Source of the DNA: Alphaproteobacteria bacterium
Lineage (GTDB): Bacteria; Pseudomonadota; Alphaproteobacteria; UBA2966
Direction: 5' to 3'
Assembly (NCBI GenBank): GCA_965242505.1
Contig: OZ251449.1
Span: 2,803,843-2,867,842 of the forward strand
DNA: 64,000 nt
Both the position numbers and the translations under genes were made by a program. The notes under the pieces were generated by a model. That model saw only the letters and a program-made list of their open reading frames with translations. It made no database searches and had not been told where the DNA came from. Positions 18,583 through 28,206 of this stretch are shown here, in pieces. Every line of letters begins with the position of its first letter. Position 1 is the stretch's first letter.

Positions 18583-19215
18583 GTGATCGTGCTCGGCCTC
18601 ACCGGCTCGATCGGCATGGGCAAGACCGCCGCCGCCGCCGCCTTCCGCCAGGTCGGGGCGCCCGTGTTCGACGCGGACGCGGAGGTCCATCGCCTGCTGG
18701 CCGGGGGCGGCGCCGCGGCGGAGGTGGCGGCCGCGTTCCCGGGCGTCGTTCGCGGCGGCGCCGTCGATCGCGAGGCGCTGGGACGGCGGGTGTTCGGCGA
18801 TGCGGAGGCCCTCGCGAGGCTCGAGGGCATCGTCCATCCGAAGGTCCGCGCGGCGCGGGCCCGGTTCGTCCGTCTGGCCGGGTCCCGCGGCGAACGCCTG
18901 GTCGTGCTCGACGTCCCGTTGCTGTTCGAGACCGGCGGGGAGGCGGAGTGCGACTTCGTCTGCGTGGTGAGCGCCCCGCGGTTCGTGCAGGCGGGCCGCG
19001 TGCTGCGGCGTCCCGGCATGACGCCCGAGAAGTTCGCGGGCGTCCTGGCGCGCCAGACGCCGGACGCCGAGAAGCGGCGGCGCGCCGACTTCGTCGTTCC
19101 GACCGGGAACGGAAAGCGCCACGCCTTGCGGCGGATCGGATCCATCGCCACACTGCTGCGGCGGCGCGCCGGAGCCGGACGCGCGCGGCCGCCGATGCGG
19201 CACCGCCTGGCCTGA
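18583..19215 (+). CDS. coaE: Dephospho-CoA kinase (210 aa)
   Basis: GTG start. (M)[14 protein letters not shown]... is the P-loop. Confidence 0.85.
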   Translation: MIVLGLTGSIGMGKTAAAAAFRQVGAPVFDADAEVHRLLAGGGAAAEVAAAFPGVVRGGAVDREALGRRVFGDAEALARLEGIVHPKVRAARARFVRLAGSRGERLVVLDVPLLFETGGEAECDFVCVVSAPRFVQAGRVLRRPGMTPEKFAGVLARQTPDAEKRRRADFVVPTGNGKRHALRRIGSIATLLRRRAGAGRARPPMRHRLA

Positions 19216-19219
19216 ACGA

Positions 19220-19885
19220 ATGCGTGAGATCGTCGTCGACACCGAAACCACGGGGCTGAACCCCGAGGCCGGGCACCGGGTCATCGAGATCGGGTGCATC
19301 GAGCTCGTCAACCACGTGCCCACGGGCGCGGTGTTCCACGAGTACCTGAACCCGGAACGGGACGTGCCGGAAGAGGTCGTGCGGATCCACGGCCTCACGG
19401 GCGAGTTCCTGGCCGGGAAGCCGCCGTTCGAGTCGGTCGCCGACGCCTTTCTGGACTTCGTGGGCGACTCCCGGCTGGTCATCCACAACGCCGAGTTCGA
19501 CCTCGGTTTCCTGAACGCCGAGCTGGCGCGCGCGGGCCGGGACGCCCTGCGGAACGGCGTGGTCGACACCGTCGCCCTGGCGCGCAGGAAGTATCCCGGC
19601 GCGCCGGCCAACCTGGACGCGCTGTGCCGGCGGTTCGACGTCGACAACTCGGAACGGGTCCAGCACGGCGCCCTGCTGGACGCCGAGCTGCTGGCGGAAG
19701 TGTATCTGGAGCTGATCGGCGGGCGGCAGCCGGGCCTGACGTTCGGAACCCGCGCGGCCGCCGCGGCGGCCGGCCGCGGCGCCGCGGCGGCGTGGACGCC
19801 GCGCCGCCACGAGCCGACGGCGGCGGAGGCCGAGGCTCACGAGGCGTTCCTGGACACGCTGCCGAACCCGATCTGGCGCCGGTAG
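19220..19885 (+). CDS. dnaQ: DNA polymerase III epsilon subunit (3'-5' exonuclease), 221 aa
   Basis: [15 protein letters not shown] (Exo I), ..[13 protein letters not shown].. (Exo II), ..[14 protein letters not shown] (Exo III). Confidence 0.9.
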   Translation: MREIVVDTETTGLNPEAGHRVIEIGCIELVNHVPTGAVFHEYLNPERDVPEEVVRIHGLTGEFLAGKPPFESVADAFLDFVGDSRLVIHNAEFDLGFLNAELARAGRDALRNGVVDTVALARRKYPGAPANLDALCRRFDVDNSERVQHGALLDAELLAEVYLELIGGRQPGLTFGTRAAAAAAGRGAAAAWTPRRHEPTAAEAEAHEAFLDTLPNPIWRR

Positions 19886-19904
19886 CCCGCGCGCTCCCCC
19901 CGGC

Positions 19905-20290
19905 GGCGCGACCCCCGCCCCGGTTCTCCCCCTGACGCGATCCACGCTCCTCCCCCTGGCCGTCCATACTCCTCCCCCCTGACAGGGGGGAGGTCGGGAG
20001 GGGGGTCCGCGGCCCCGCGACGCCGTTCGCGCTCGGCTCCACCGGCGTGACCCCCACCCCGACCCTCCCCCTGCAAGGGGGAGGGAGAAGAGAGGGGCGC
20101 CGGAGAGTCCGTCGGCGTTCCTTCCCGCTGACCGTTCATACTCCTCCCCCCTGACAGGGGGGAGGTCGGGAGGGGGGTCCGCGGCCCCGCGACGCCGTTC
20201 GTGATCGGCTCCACCGGCGTGACCCCCACCCCGACCCTCCCCCTGCAAGGGGGAGGGAGAAGAAAGGGGAGGGGGAAGGGGGACGGAGGG
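19905..20290. repeat. Cluster of about 6 REP-like elements (types A and B alternating, 2 composite units)
   Basis: ctcccccctgacaggggggaggtcgggagggggg...gacccccaccccgaccctccccctgcaagggggagggagaag... repeated. Confidence 0.75.
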
Positions 20291-20477
20291 GGGTGGACCG
20301 CGGCGTTCGGCGCGATTCCCGATTCTCCGGATCCGGGGGGTGCGGGAAGCGGAAAACCCGCATAGAGTAGGGCGCTCGATCGGAGCGGTCGGCCATCCGC
20401 CGGAACGACGGCGGGCCGGCGACGTTCATCAACTTACGCCCGGAGTCGTCCGGAGCGCATGGAGGGGAGGAGTACGG

Positions 20478-21647
20478 ATGTCGAAGTTCGAAGGTCTCCG
20501 CAAGGAGAAGAGAAAGGCCGCGGGCGCGGGCGGGGATCGCCGCCGCTTTCTGAAGGGCGGCGCGGCGGCCGCCGCGGCGGCGACCGCGGTCGCGGCGTTC
20601 CCGCAGGTCTCCAGGGCCCAGACGGCGACCCTGAAGATGCAGACGTCGTGGGGCGCGACCAGTCCGTTCCAGGAAATGGCCAAGCAGTACGTCGACCGCG
20701 TCGAGGCGATGGCCGGCGGCCGGCTGAAGATCGACCTGTTGCCGGCGGGCTCCGTCGTCAAGGCGTTCCAGGTGCAGGACGCCTGCCACAGCGGCGTGCT
20801 CGACGCCACCCACACGGTGACGGCCTACTGGTACTCGAAGAACAAGGCCGCGTCCCTGTTCGGCACCGGCCCCGTGTTCGGCGCCAACGCCGCGCAGATC
20901 CTGGCCTGGATCCACTACGGCGGCGGCAAGGAGCTGCTGACGGAGCTGCAACGGGACATCCTCAAGCTCGACATCCTCAGCTTCTTCGCCATGCCCATGC
21001 CGACGCAGCCGCTGGGCTGGTTCAAGGAGCACATCGAGAGCGTCGAGCAGCTCAAGGGCCTCAAGTACCGCACGGTGGGCCTCGCCACCGACATCATGCA
21101 GGGCATGGGCCTCAAGGTGACCCAGCTCCCCGGCGGCGAGATCATGCCGGCCCTGGAGAAGGGCGTGATCGAGGCGTTCGAGTTCAACAACCCGACGGCC
21201 GACAGCCGCTTCGGAGCGCAGGACGTCTCCAAGCACTACCACATGGGCAGCTACCATCAGGCGGCGGAGTTCTTCGAGCTCATCTTCAACAAGACGAAGT
21301 TCGACTCGCTGCCGAAGGAGCACCAGGCGATCCTCGAGTACGGCGCCGAGGCCGCGAACACGGCCAACTACGGCTGGGCCATGGACCAGTACTCCAAGGA
21401 CCTCCAGTGGCTCATGGCCGACCCGCAGAACGTCAACGTCTATCGCACCGACCAGTCGATCATGAACGCCCAGCTCGACTCCTGGGACAAGGTGCTCGGC
21501 AAGCTCATGGAGCAGGACCCCTTCTTCAAGAAGGTGGTCGAGAGCCAGAGGGCGTGGTCGGAACGGGTGGCGTTCTACGACCTCGTGAACTCGGCCGACT
21601 ACAAGCTCGCCTACGAACACTACTTCCCGGGCAAGCTGCCCTTCTAG
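20478..21647 (+). CDS. TRAP transporter solute-binding protein (DctP family) with a Tat-type signal
   Basis: GGAGGAG RBS. MSKFEGL...GGDRRRFLKGGAAAAAAATAVAAFPQVSRA is a twin-arginine signal. ..LKMQTSWGATSPFQEMAKQYVDRVE.. places it in the DctP family. Confidence 0.9.
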   Translation: MSKFEGLRKEKRKAAGAGGDRRRFLKGGAAAAAAATAVAAFPQVSRAQTATLKMQTSWGATSPFQEMAKQYVDRVEAMAGGRLKIDLLPAGSVVKAFQVQDACHSGVLDATHTVTAYWYSKNKAASLFGTGPVFGANAAQILAWIHYGGGKELLTELQRDILKLDILSFFAMPMPTQPLGWFKEHIESVEQLKGLKYRTVGLATDIMQGMGLKVTQLPGGEIMPALEKGVIEAFEFNNPTADSRFGAQDVSKHYHMGSYHQAAEFFELIFNKTKFDSLPKEHQAILEYGAEAANTANYGWAMDQYSKDLQWLMADPQNVNVYRTDQSIMNAQLDSWDKVLGKLMEQDPFFKKVVESQRAWSERVAFYDLVNSADYKLAYEHYFPGKLPF

Positions 21648-21674
21648 GCGGGGGATCGAGGAGCGCGCGGCGGC

Positions 21675-21790
21675 GCGGGACCGCGTTCGCCCCCCTCCCG
21701 GCCTCCCCCCTGTTCAGGGGGGAGGAGCGCGGACGCTCCCTCCCCCTTGCGGGGGAGGGCCGGGGCGGGGGCCGCCGCCCGCCGCGACGG
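21675..21790. repeat. REP-like elements (type A variant and type B variant)
   Basis: cccccctcccggcctcccccctgttcaggggggaggagcgcggacgctccctcccccttgcgggggagggccgggg. Confidence 0.65.
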
Positions 21791-21809
21791 GCGTCTCCGG
21801 GGCTTCGGC

Positions 21810-22418
21810 ATGGACCGGTTCATCCTCTTCGTGGACGGCTTCACCGCCTGGGTGGGCAAGGCCTTCGCCTGGTGCATCCTCATCCTGACGTTCGGCGTCG
21901 CCTACGAGGTCTTCGTGCGCTACGCGCTGCGCGACCCGACGTCGTGGGCGTTCGACCTCAGCTACATGATGTACGGCACCCTGTTCATGATCGGCGGCGC
22001 CTACACGCTGGCGCGCGACGGCCACGTGCGCGGCGACGTCCTGTTCCGGCTGTGGAAGCCGAAGGTCCAGGCGGCCATCGAGCTCGTCCTCTACTTCCTG
22101 TTCTTCTTCCCCGGCATCCTCGCGTTCATCGTCGCCGGCGCCGACTACGCGGCCGAGTCCTGGTCCTACAACTACGGAAGGGGCGAGGTCAGCATCAACA
22201 GCCCGGCCAACGTGCCGATCTCGCAGTTCAAGACGATCATTCCCGTCGCCGGCGCGCTGCTGCTCCTTCAGGGCGTCGCCCAGGTGCTCCGCTGCGTCGT
22301 CTGCCTGCGCACGGGGGCGTGGCCGACCCACCTCGAGGACGTCGAGGAGCTGGAGAAGGTGCTGCGGGAGCGGCGCGAGGAGGAGCTGCGCGAAGCGGCC
22401 GACGGAGGCGCCCGATGA
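21810..22418 (+). CDS. TRAP transporter small permease (DctQ family), 202 aa
   Basis: MDRFILFVDGFTAWVGKAFAWCILILTFGVAYEVFVRY... with 4 predicted TM helices. The stop overlaps the large-permease start (ATGA). Confidence 0.85.
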   Translation: MDRFILFVDGFTAWVGKAFAWCILILTFGVAYEVFVRYALRDPTSWAFDLSYMMYGTLFMIGGAYTLARDGHVRGDVLFRLWKPKVQAAIELVLYFLFFFPGILAFIVAGADYAAESWSYNYGRGEVSINSPANVPISQFKTIIPVAGALLLLQGVAQVLRCVVCLRTGAWPTHLEDVEELEKVLRERREEELREAADGGAR

Positions 22419-24256
22419 GCAATCCCGAAATCGCGGTGGTCATGCTCGGCATCTTCATCCTGACCATCATGCTGGGGTTCCCGATCTGCTTCACCCTGAT
22501 GGCGATGGGCATCTTCTTCGGCTACTACGCCTACTACGATCCGGAACGGATGCAGAGCGTCTTCGACAACCGGGTCTTCGACCTGCTCGTCAACCAGACC
22601 TACTCGGTGATGGCCAACGACGTGCTCGTGGCCGTGCCCCTGTTCCTGTTCATGGGCTACATCGTCGAGCGGGCGAACCTCGTCGACCGCCTGTTCTTCA
22701 CCCTTCAGATCGCCGCCCGCCACATGCCGGGGTCCATGGCGATCGCGGCGCTCGTCACCTGCACGCTGTTCGCCACGGCCTCGGGCATCATCGGCGCGGT
22801 GGTGACGCTGATGGGCCTGCTGGCCTTCCCGGCGATGCTGAAGGCGCGGTACGACACCGGCTTCTCCTCCGGCGTGATCTGCGCCGGCGGCTGCCTCGGC
22901 ATCCTCATCCCGCCGTCGATCATGCTGATCGTCTACGCCGCGGCCGCCAGCATGTCGGTCGTGCGGCTCTACGCGGGCGCCATCCTGCCGGGCCTGCTGC
23001 TGGCCGGACTCTACGTCCTCTACGTCTCGGGCCGGGCCATGCTGAACCCGAAGATCGCCCCGCCGCCGCGCCCGGAGGACGTCGAGGCCATGCGCACCGG
23101 CAACATCGTCGTCATGATGATGACCTCGTTCTTCCCGCTGGCCTTCCTCATCCTCTCGGTGCTCGGCGCCATCCTGTTCGGGCTGGCGACGCCGACCGAG
23201 GCCGCCTCGATGGGGGCGGCCGGCGGGCTGGTCCTGGCGGCCGGATACCGCATCGCCGAGATCCGCGCGGGGAAGGCCAGACCCGAGTGGGTGGACGCCG
23301 ACGGCGCCGCGCGGCCCGAAGACCCGTGGCGCTACGCCATCGGCGCCGGCGGGGTCCTGACCGTCGCCCTGTACGCGGCCTATTTCCTGATCCGGTTCCT
23401 GGCCAACTGGGCCTTCGACGCGCCGCTGCCGGCGGAGCGCACGCTGCCCTTCGCGCCCGGCGTCGCCGTGGGCATCGCCCTCGCCCTCGCCGCGGCGATC
23501 CGCCTCGGCGGCGGGCGCTGGCCCCTGATCGCGGTCCTGCACCCCCGGGTCCCGGCGCTGAAGCCCCTCTACGCCTACGGCGGCGAGGGCGCCCTGTTCG
23601 GCCTCGCGGTGGGCGCGGTCTACCTGTTGATGTTCCCGGTCCTGGGGCTGAACGAGGCCTTCGCCGAGCACGAGCACAGCCATTGGGCCCTGGACGTGGG
23701 CTTCTTCACGGCCCTGCTCGGCCACATGGCCTGGCGCGGCATCGACAAGGAGGCGCTCAAGGAGTCCGTCTACCTGACGGTCCGCACGTCGGCCATGGTG
23801 TGCTGGCTGTTCGTGGGCTCCTGGACCTTCTCCTCGGTGTTCTCGTACCTCGGCGGGCACGCGCTGATCGAGGAGTTCGTGCTCGGGCTGAACCTGTCCC
23901 CGATCACGTTCCTGATCCTCGCCCAGGTCATCATCTTCCTGCTCGGCTGGCCGCTCGAGTGGTCGGAGATCATCATCATCTTCGTGCCCATCTTCCTGCC
24001 CCTGCTGCCCCACTTCGGCATCGACCCGCTGTTCTTCGGCATTCTGGTGGCGCTCAACCTGCAAACGTCGTTCCTGACGCCGCCCATGGCGATGGCGGCG
24101 TACTACCTCAAGGGGGTGGCGCCGCCGCACGTCCAGTTGATCCAGATATTCAAGGGTTGTATGCCGTTCCTGTCGATGGTCTTCCTGGCGATGATCATCC
24201 TCTACGCGTTTCCGGAGATCGCCCTGTGGCTGCCCGAGATCGTCTACGGCAGGTGA
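22415..24256 (+). CDS. TRAP transporter large permease (DctM family), unusually long at 613 aa with a central insertion of about 180 aa
   Basis: MSNPEIAVVMLGIFILTIMLGFPICFTLMAMG..., ..ILIPPSIMLIVYA.. are DctM hallmarks. Residues about 270-450 (..EIRAGKARPEWVDADGAARPEDPWRY.. and extra helices) have no counterpart in canonical DctM of about 430 aa. Confidence 0.85.
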   Translation: MSNPEIAVVMLGIFILTIMLGFPICFTLMAMGIFFGYYAYYDPERMQSVFDNRVFDLLVNQTYSVMANDVLVAVPLFLFMGYIVERANLVDRLFFTLQIAARHMPGSMAIAALVTCTLFATASGIIGAVVTLMGLLAFPAMLKARYDTGFSSGVICAGGCLGILIPPSIMLIVYAAAASMSVVRLYAGAILPGLLLAGLYVLYVSGRAMLNPKIAPPPRPEDVEAMRTGNIVVMMMTSFFPLAFLILSVLGAILFGLATPTEAASMGAAGGLVLAAGYRIAEIRAGKARPEWVDADGAARPEDPWRYAIGAGGVLTVALYAAYFLIRFLANWAFDAPLPAERTLPFAPGVAVGIALALAAAIRLGGGRWPLIAVLHPRVPALKPLYAYGGEGALFGLAVGAVYLLMFPVLGLNEAFAEHEHSHWALDVGFFTALLGHMAWRGIDKEALKESVYLTVRTSAMVCWLFVGSWTFSSVFSYLGGHALIEEFVLGLNLSPITFLILAQVIIFLLGWPLEWSEIIIIFVPIFLPLLPHFGIDPLFFGILVALNLQTSFLTPPMAMAAYYLKGVAPPHVQLIQIFKGCMPFLSMVFLAMIILYAFPEIALWLPEIVYGR

Positions 24257-24305
24257 CCGGAAGGAGCGCCCGGCGGGCCTCGCCGCCGGCGTCGGCGCGG
24301 CCGGC

Positions 24306-25643
24306 GTGAGCCTCGCGGACCTCGCCGCCGAAGAGGCCGCCGCCGGCGCCGCGGCCGGCGCGTTCGGCGCCGTCGAGCTCGTCGAGGCCTGCCTCGAGCG
24401 GGTGGCGGAGCGCGACGGCGACGTCGGGGCGTGGGCGCACCTCGACCCGGACTACGCCCTCGCGCAGGCGCGCGAGCGCGATGCCGACCGCGCCGCCGGC
24501 CGGGCCCTGGGGCCGCTCCACGGGGTTCCCGTCGGCGTCAAGGACGTCGTCGACACCCGCGATCTGCCGACGGAGAACGGCACCGTCCTCGACGCCGGGC
24601 GCCGCCCGCCGCGCGACGCCCGCGTCGTCGCCCTGCTCAGGGAGGCCGGCGCCGTGATCATGGGCAAGACCGTGACCACCGAGCTCGCCGCCCTGGCGCC
24701 GGGCAAGACCCGCAACCCCCACGACCGGGAGCGCACGCCGGGCGGCTCGTCCAGCGGCTCGGCGGCGGCGGTGGCCGCCGGCATGGTCCCGCTCGCCGTC
24801 GGCACGCAGACGAACGGCTCCATCGTCCGTCCGTCCGCCTATTGCGGCGTCGTCGGGTTCAAGCCCACCCACGGGACGATATCCCGCCGCGGCGTGCTGG
24901 CCCAGTCGCGCCCGCTCGACACCGTCGGCGTCATGGCGCGCACGGTGGCGGACGCGGCGCTCATCGCCGACGCGCTCGCGGTCTACGACGACGGCGACCC
25001 CGACATGACCGTCCGCGCGCGTCCGCGGCTGGCCGGGACGGCCGCCGCGGACCCGCCGCTGCCGCCCACGTTCGCCTTCGTCCGCACCCCCGTCTGGGAC
25101 GAGGCCGACGAGGAGACCCGCGCCGCCTTCGAGGAGCTCGCCGCGTTCCTGGGAGAGGCCTGCGACGAGGCGCCCCTGCCCGAGCCGTTCGACCGCGCCG
25201 TCGGCTGGCATCGCGCGGTGATGTGCGCGGACCAGGCGAAGAACTACGCCGCCTACTACGAACGCGGCAAGGCGGAGTTGAGCGGCGTCCTGCGCGGCAT
25301 GATCGAGGAGGGGCGGGAGACGACGGCGGTCGACTACAACCGCGCCGTCGAATGGCGCGACGTGCTGAACGCGGGCCTCGACAGGATCTTCGACCGCTAC
25401 GACGCGATCCTGACGCCGGCCGCGACCGGCGTCGCGCCCGCCGGCCTCGACTCGACGGGAAGCCCCGTCTTCTGCACGCTCTGGACCTTCTGCGGCGCGC
25501 CGGCGGTCTCGCTGCCGCTCCTCGAGGGGCGCGACGGGCTGCCGCTCGGCGTCCAGCTCGCGGGACGCCGCGGCGACGACGCCAGGCTGTTGCGGACTGC
25601 CCGCTGGCTGGCCGATCGAGTCGCCGGGGAGGCGGACGGATGA
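24306..25643 (+). CDS. Amidase-signature family amidase (445 aa)
   Basis: GTG start. ..GGSSSGSAAAVAAGMVPLAVGTQTNGSIVRPSAYCGVVGFKPT.. is the AS signature with the Ser-cisSer-Lys triad context. Confidence 0.85.
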   Translation: MSLADLAAEEAAAGAAAGAFGAVELVEACLERVAERDGDVGAWAHLDPDYALAQARERDADRAAGRALGPLHGVPVGVKDVVDTRDLPTENGTVLDAGRRPPRDARVVALLREAGAVIMGKTVTTELAALAPGKTRNPHDRERTPGGSSSGSAAAVAAGMVPLAVGTQTNGSIVRPSAYCGVVGFKPTHGTISRRGVLAQSRPLDTVGVMARTVADAALIADALAVYDDGDPDMTVRARPRLAGTAAADPPLPPTFAFVRTPVWDEADEETRAAFEELAAFLGEACDEAPLPEPFDRAVGWHRAVMCADQAKNYAAYYERGKAELSGVLRGMIEEGRETTAVDYNRAVEWRDVLNAGLDRIFDRYDAILTPAATGVAPAGLDSTGSPVFCTLWTFCGAPAVSLPLLEGRDGLPLGVQLAGRRGDDARLLRTARWLADRVAGEADG

Positions 25644-25673
25644 GGAGTCTCGCGGACGGCGACGGAGGCTGAC

Positions 25674-25874
25674 GTGCTGGACAGGATATTCGCCGCGGCC
25701 GGGATGCTGGGCCTCGCCGCCTTCATGGGCATCGTCGCCGTCTACGTGATGGAGCCGGCCCTCTGGCTCGTCGTCTTCGTCGGGGTGTCCATCGCCGTCT
25801 TCTTCGTCTGGCGCGACGCCGCGGCGGCGGGGAACGGACCCGGCGGGCCGCGCGGGGACGGGGACGGCGCATGA
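25674..25874 (+). CDS. Small two-TM membrane protein (66 aa)
   Basis: GGAGG-N5-GTG. (M)LDRIFAAAGMLGLAAFMGIVAVYVMEPALWLVVFVGVSIAVFFVW. The stop overlaps the next ATG (ATGA). Confidence 0.5.
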   Translation: MLDRIFAAAGMLGLAAFMGIVAVYVMEPALWLVVFVGVSIAVFFVWRDAAAAGNGPGGPRGDGDGA

Positions 25875-26809
25875 GCGTCGGAATCGGAGTCGGCCTGAGC
25901 GAGTTTCCGTTCGAGACGGCGCGGGGGTTCTGGCGCTGGATCGAGGCGTGCGAGGACTCGGCCGTCGATTCGGTCTGGCAGACCGACCGGCTGATCACCG
26001 ACGCCCCGATGCTGGAGAGCCTGACCACGATGGCCGCCGTCGCCGGCGCGACCAGGCGCCTCAAGTTCGGCATGAACGTCGTCGCGCTCGGCTGGCGCGA
26101 CCCGCTGGTCGTCGCCAAGCAGTGCGCCTCGATCGACTTCCTCAGCGGGGGCCGCCTGTTGCCCGCCTTCGGGATCGGCGCCTCCCGCGGCGAGGAGTGG
26201 CGGGCGACGGGCCGCGACGCCGGGAGGCGCGGCGCGCGGACCGACGAGGCGCTCGACGTCATCGCCCGCCTGTGGGCCGGGGAGAGCGTGGATCACGACG
26301 GCGAGCACTTCCGCTACTGCGGGGTCCGGATCTCGCCGTTGCCGGTCCAGAAGCGCCTGCCGCTGTGGATCGGCGGCGGCAGCAAGGCCGCCGTCCGCCG
26401 CGCCGCCCGCGTCGGCACCGGCTGGCTGGGCGGCTTCCAGTCCCCGGACGAGGCGGCGCCGGTGGTGGCCGCCATCAAGGCCGCCGCCAGGGAGGCGGGA
26501 CGGCGCATCCCCGACGACCATTACGGCGCCGGCTTCCACTTCCGCTTCGGCTCCTGGGACGACGCTCCCGTGGCGCCGCGGGCGGAGGCCGTCGCCAGGC
26601 GCAACGCGCGGAAACCCGAGGACTGCATGGTCGTCGGCGGGGCCGCCGACGTGGTGGAGAGGCTCCGGCGGTTCATCGCCGGCGGGGTCTCGAAGTTCGT
26701 GCTCCAGCCGATCGCGGCCGGCGACGAGGACACCCTCGACCAGACCCGACGCCTGATCGGCGAAGTGCTGCCCGAGACGCCGAGCCTCGACGAACTGGCG
26801 CGGGGCTGA
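25871..26809 (+). CDS. LLM-class (luciferase-like) flavin-dependent oxidoreductase, 312 aa
   Basis: MSVGIGVGLSEFPFETARGFWRWIEACEDSAVDSVWQTDRL..., ..LWIGGGSKAAVRRAARVGTGW.. is the TIM-barrel LLM pattern. Confidence 0.8.
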   Translation: MSVGIGVGLSEFPFETARGFWRWIEACEDSAVDSVWQTDRLITDAPMLESLTTMAAVAGATRRLKFGMNVVALGWRDPLVVAKQCASIDFLSGGRLLPAFGIGASRGEEWRATGRDAGRRGARTDEALDVIARLWAGESVDHDGEHFRYCGVRISPLPVQKRLPLWIGGGSKAAVRRAARVGTGWLGGFQSPDEAAPVVAAIKAAAREAGRRIPDDHYGAGFHFRFGSWDDAPVAPRAEAVARRNARKPEDCMVVGGAADVVERLRRFIAGGVSKFVLQPIAAGDEDTLDQTRRLIGEVLPETPSLDELARG

Positions 26810-26849
26810 CCGCGGTGCCGGAGCGTCGGCGCGGCGTTGCGGGACCGCG

Positions 26850-26925
26850 GTCCGCCCCCCTCTTCTCCCTCTCCCTTGCAGGGGGAGGGTCGGGGTGGGG
26901 GTCGCGTCGAGGGGAAGGAGCATGA
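26850..26925. repeat. REP-like element (type B variant) between the LLM gene and tRNA-Gly
   Basis: cccctcttctccctctcccttgcagggggagggtcggggtgggggtcgcg. Confidence 0.65.
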
Positions 26926-26947
26926 ACGGGGCCGGCTGTCCCGTCGC

Positions 26948-27022
26948 TGGAGCGGGCGAAGGGATTCGAACCCTCGACTTCGACCTTGGCAAGGTCGCGC
27001 TCTACCCCTGAGCTACGCCCGC
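26948..27022 (-). tRNA. tRNA-Gly (anticodon GCC), 75 nt including the encoded CCA
   Basis: Reverse complement is GCGGGCGTAGCTCAGGGGTAGAGCGCGACCTTGCCAAGGTCGAAGTCGAGGGTTCGAATCCCTTCGCCCGCTCCA. The cloverleaf is complete, the anticodon loop is TTGCCAA, and the T-loop is TTCGAAT. Confidence 0.9.
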
Positions 27023-27299
27023 GTTCCGGCGACGACGGCCGCCATGGCGTCGGCGGCGCGCGACCGCAACCATACCCGGGCGCGGCGCAAGCGGCAAGGG
27101 ACGCGGGTGGTGTCTCAATCTGAAAGCCTCGTTCCTGCGGTAGCGGCGGGAGTGCGCGCCGGCCCCGGCCGCCACCCGGGAAGAGGCGGCGTTGACGGCG
27201 ACGGTCGTTTTCGACTATGGGTCAAGGGGTTCGGGCGCACGGCGAGAGGAAGCGGCGCGCCCCGGCCCGGACGCGCACTCACCCGGAGGACTCGAGCCC

Positions 27300-27779
27300 G
27301 TGAACGCGCGCGACTTGATGGCGGCCGCCTGCGCCTTGGCCGAATCCGGCCGCGGGAACCCTTCGCAGGCGCGGCTCCGCCGCGCCGTCAGCACCGTCTA
27401 CTACGCGATGTTCCACTGCCTGGCGGCGACGGCGGCCGACCTGTTGATCGGCCCGGCGCGCGGCCCGGCATGGCATCGGGTGTACCGCGCATTGGAGCAC
27501 GGCAGGGCCAGGGGCGCGTGTCGGCAAGGACAGACGATGCGGGAGTTTCCGGCGGAGGTCCGCAACTTCGCCGAGACGTTCGTCGTGTTGCAGAAGGTGC
27601 GGCAGCAGGCCGACTATGCGCTGGACGTGGAGGCTTACCGGACGTCCGACGTTCTGGAATACATTGCCTCCGCAGAGCGCGCCATCGACCGGTTCGAGCA
27701 GGTGGACGCCGCGGCCAGGCGCGCCTTCGCCGCTCATGCGCTGTTCAGGCAACGATCGCCCCAGGAGATTCCGGGATGA
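27300..27779 (+). CDS. Hypothetical all-alpha protein (about 159 aa), first gene of a tRNA-adjacent two-gene module
   Basis: GGAGG-N10-GTG. (M)NARDLMAAACALAESGRGNPSQARLRRAVSTVYYAMFHCLAATAADLL... Conserved-looking R..x..YYAxFH and RN..E motifs faintly resemble HEPN-type toxin folds. No confident family assignment. Confidence 0.5.
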   Translation: MNARDLMAAACALAESGRGNPSQARLRRAVSTVYYAMFHCLAATAADLLIGPARGPAWHRVYRALEHGRARGACRQGQTMREFPAEVRNFAETFVVLQKVRQQADYALDVEAYRTSDVLEYIASAERAIDRFEQVDAAARRAFAAHALFRQRSPQEIPG

Positions 27780-28075
27780 ACGAGCAGCAGGTTCGCGAGA
27801 TCGCGGAGGCGGCCTTCAAGGCCCGCTTCGCCGACATCCCCATCGTCAGCGTCGACGTCGAGCCCGGCTTCGACCACTACGACGACCCCATGCTGGACGT
27901 GAAGATCGTCTACGACGGCGAGGTCGAGCAGTTGATCGGCCGAGGGCGCTCGATGGAGGTGCGCTCGGAGATCATCGAGAAGGTGTGGTGGAAAGCCGAG
28001 GATTCCCCTGTCTGGCCGTTTGTCCACTTCATCGCCAGATCCGACCTCGAGCAACCCGACCCGGCCGCCGCCTGA
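27777..28075 (+). CDS. Hypothetical protein (99 aa), second gene of the module, with ATGA overlap onto the upstream gene
   Basis: MNEQQVREIAEAAFKARFADIPIVSVDVEPGFDHYDDPMLDVKIVYDGEVEQLIGRGRSMEVRSEIIEKVWWKAEDSPVWPFVHFIARSDLEQPDPAAA. It is the C-terminal part of a composite 412-aa track ORF. Confidence 0.5.
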
Positions 28076-28206
28076 TCCCCATCCCTGCGGAGGCGGGCGC
28101 CGCGCGCCTGCGCCGCCGTTACCGGGACGCGACTCGCGACGCTTGGCCGCCCCCTCCGCGTCGGCTATCGTCGCGCCTGCACCGGCCGCCTGCCGACGAT
28201 GGGACC

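Noticed and set aside
26837-28075. 412-aa plus ORF spanning the tRNA-Gly locus
   Set aside because: It runs antisense through the tRNA and a REP. Only its last 99 aa, after an internal ATG coupled to the upstream gene, look like a real protein.
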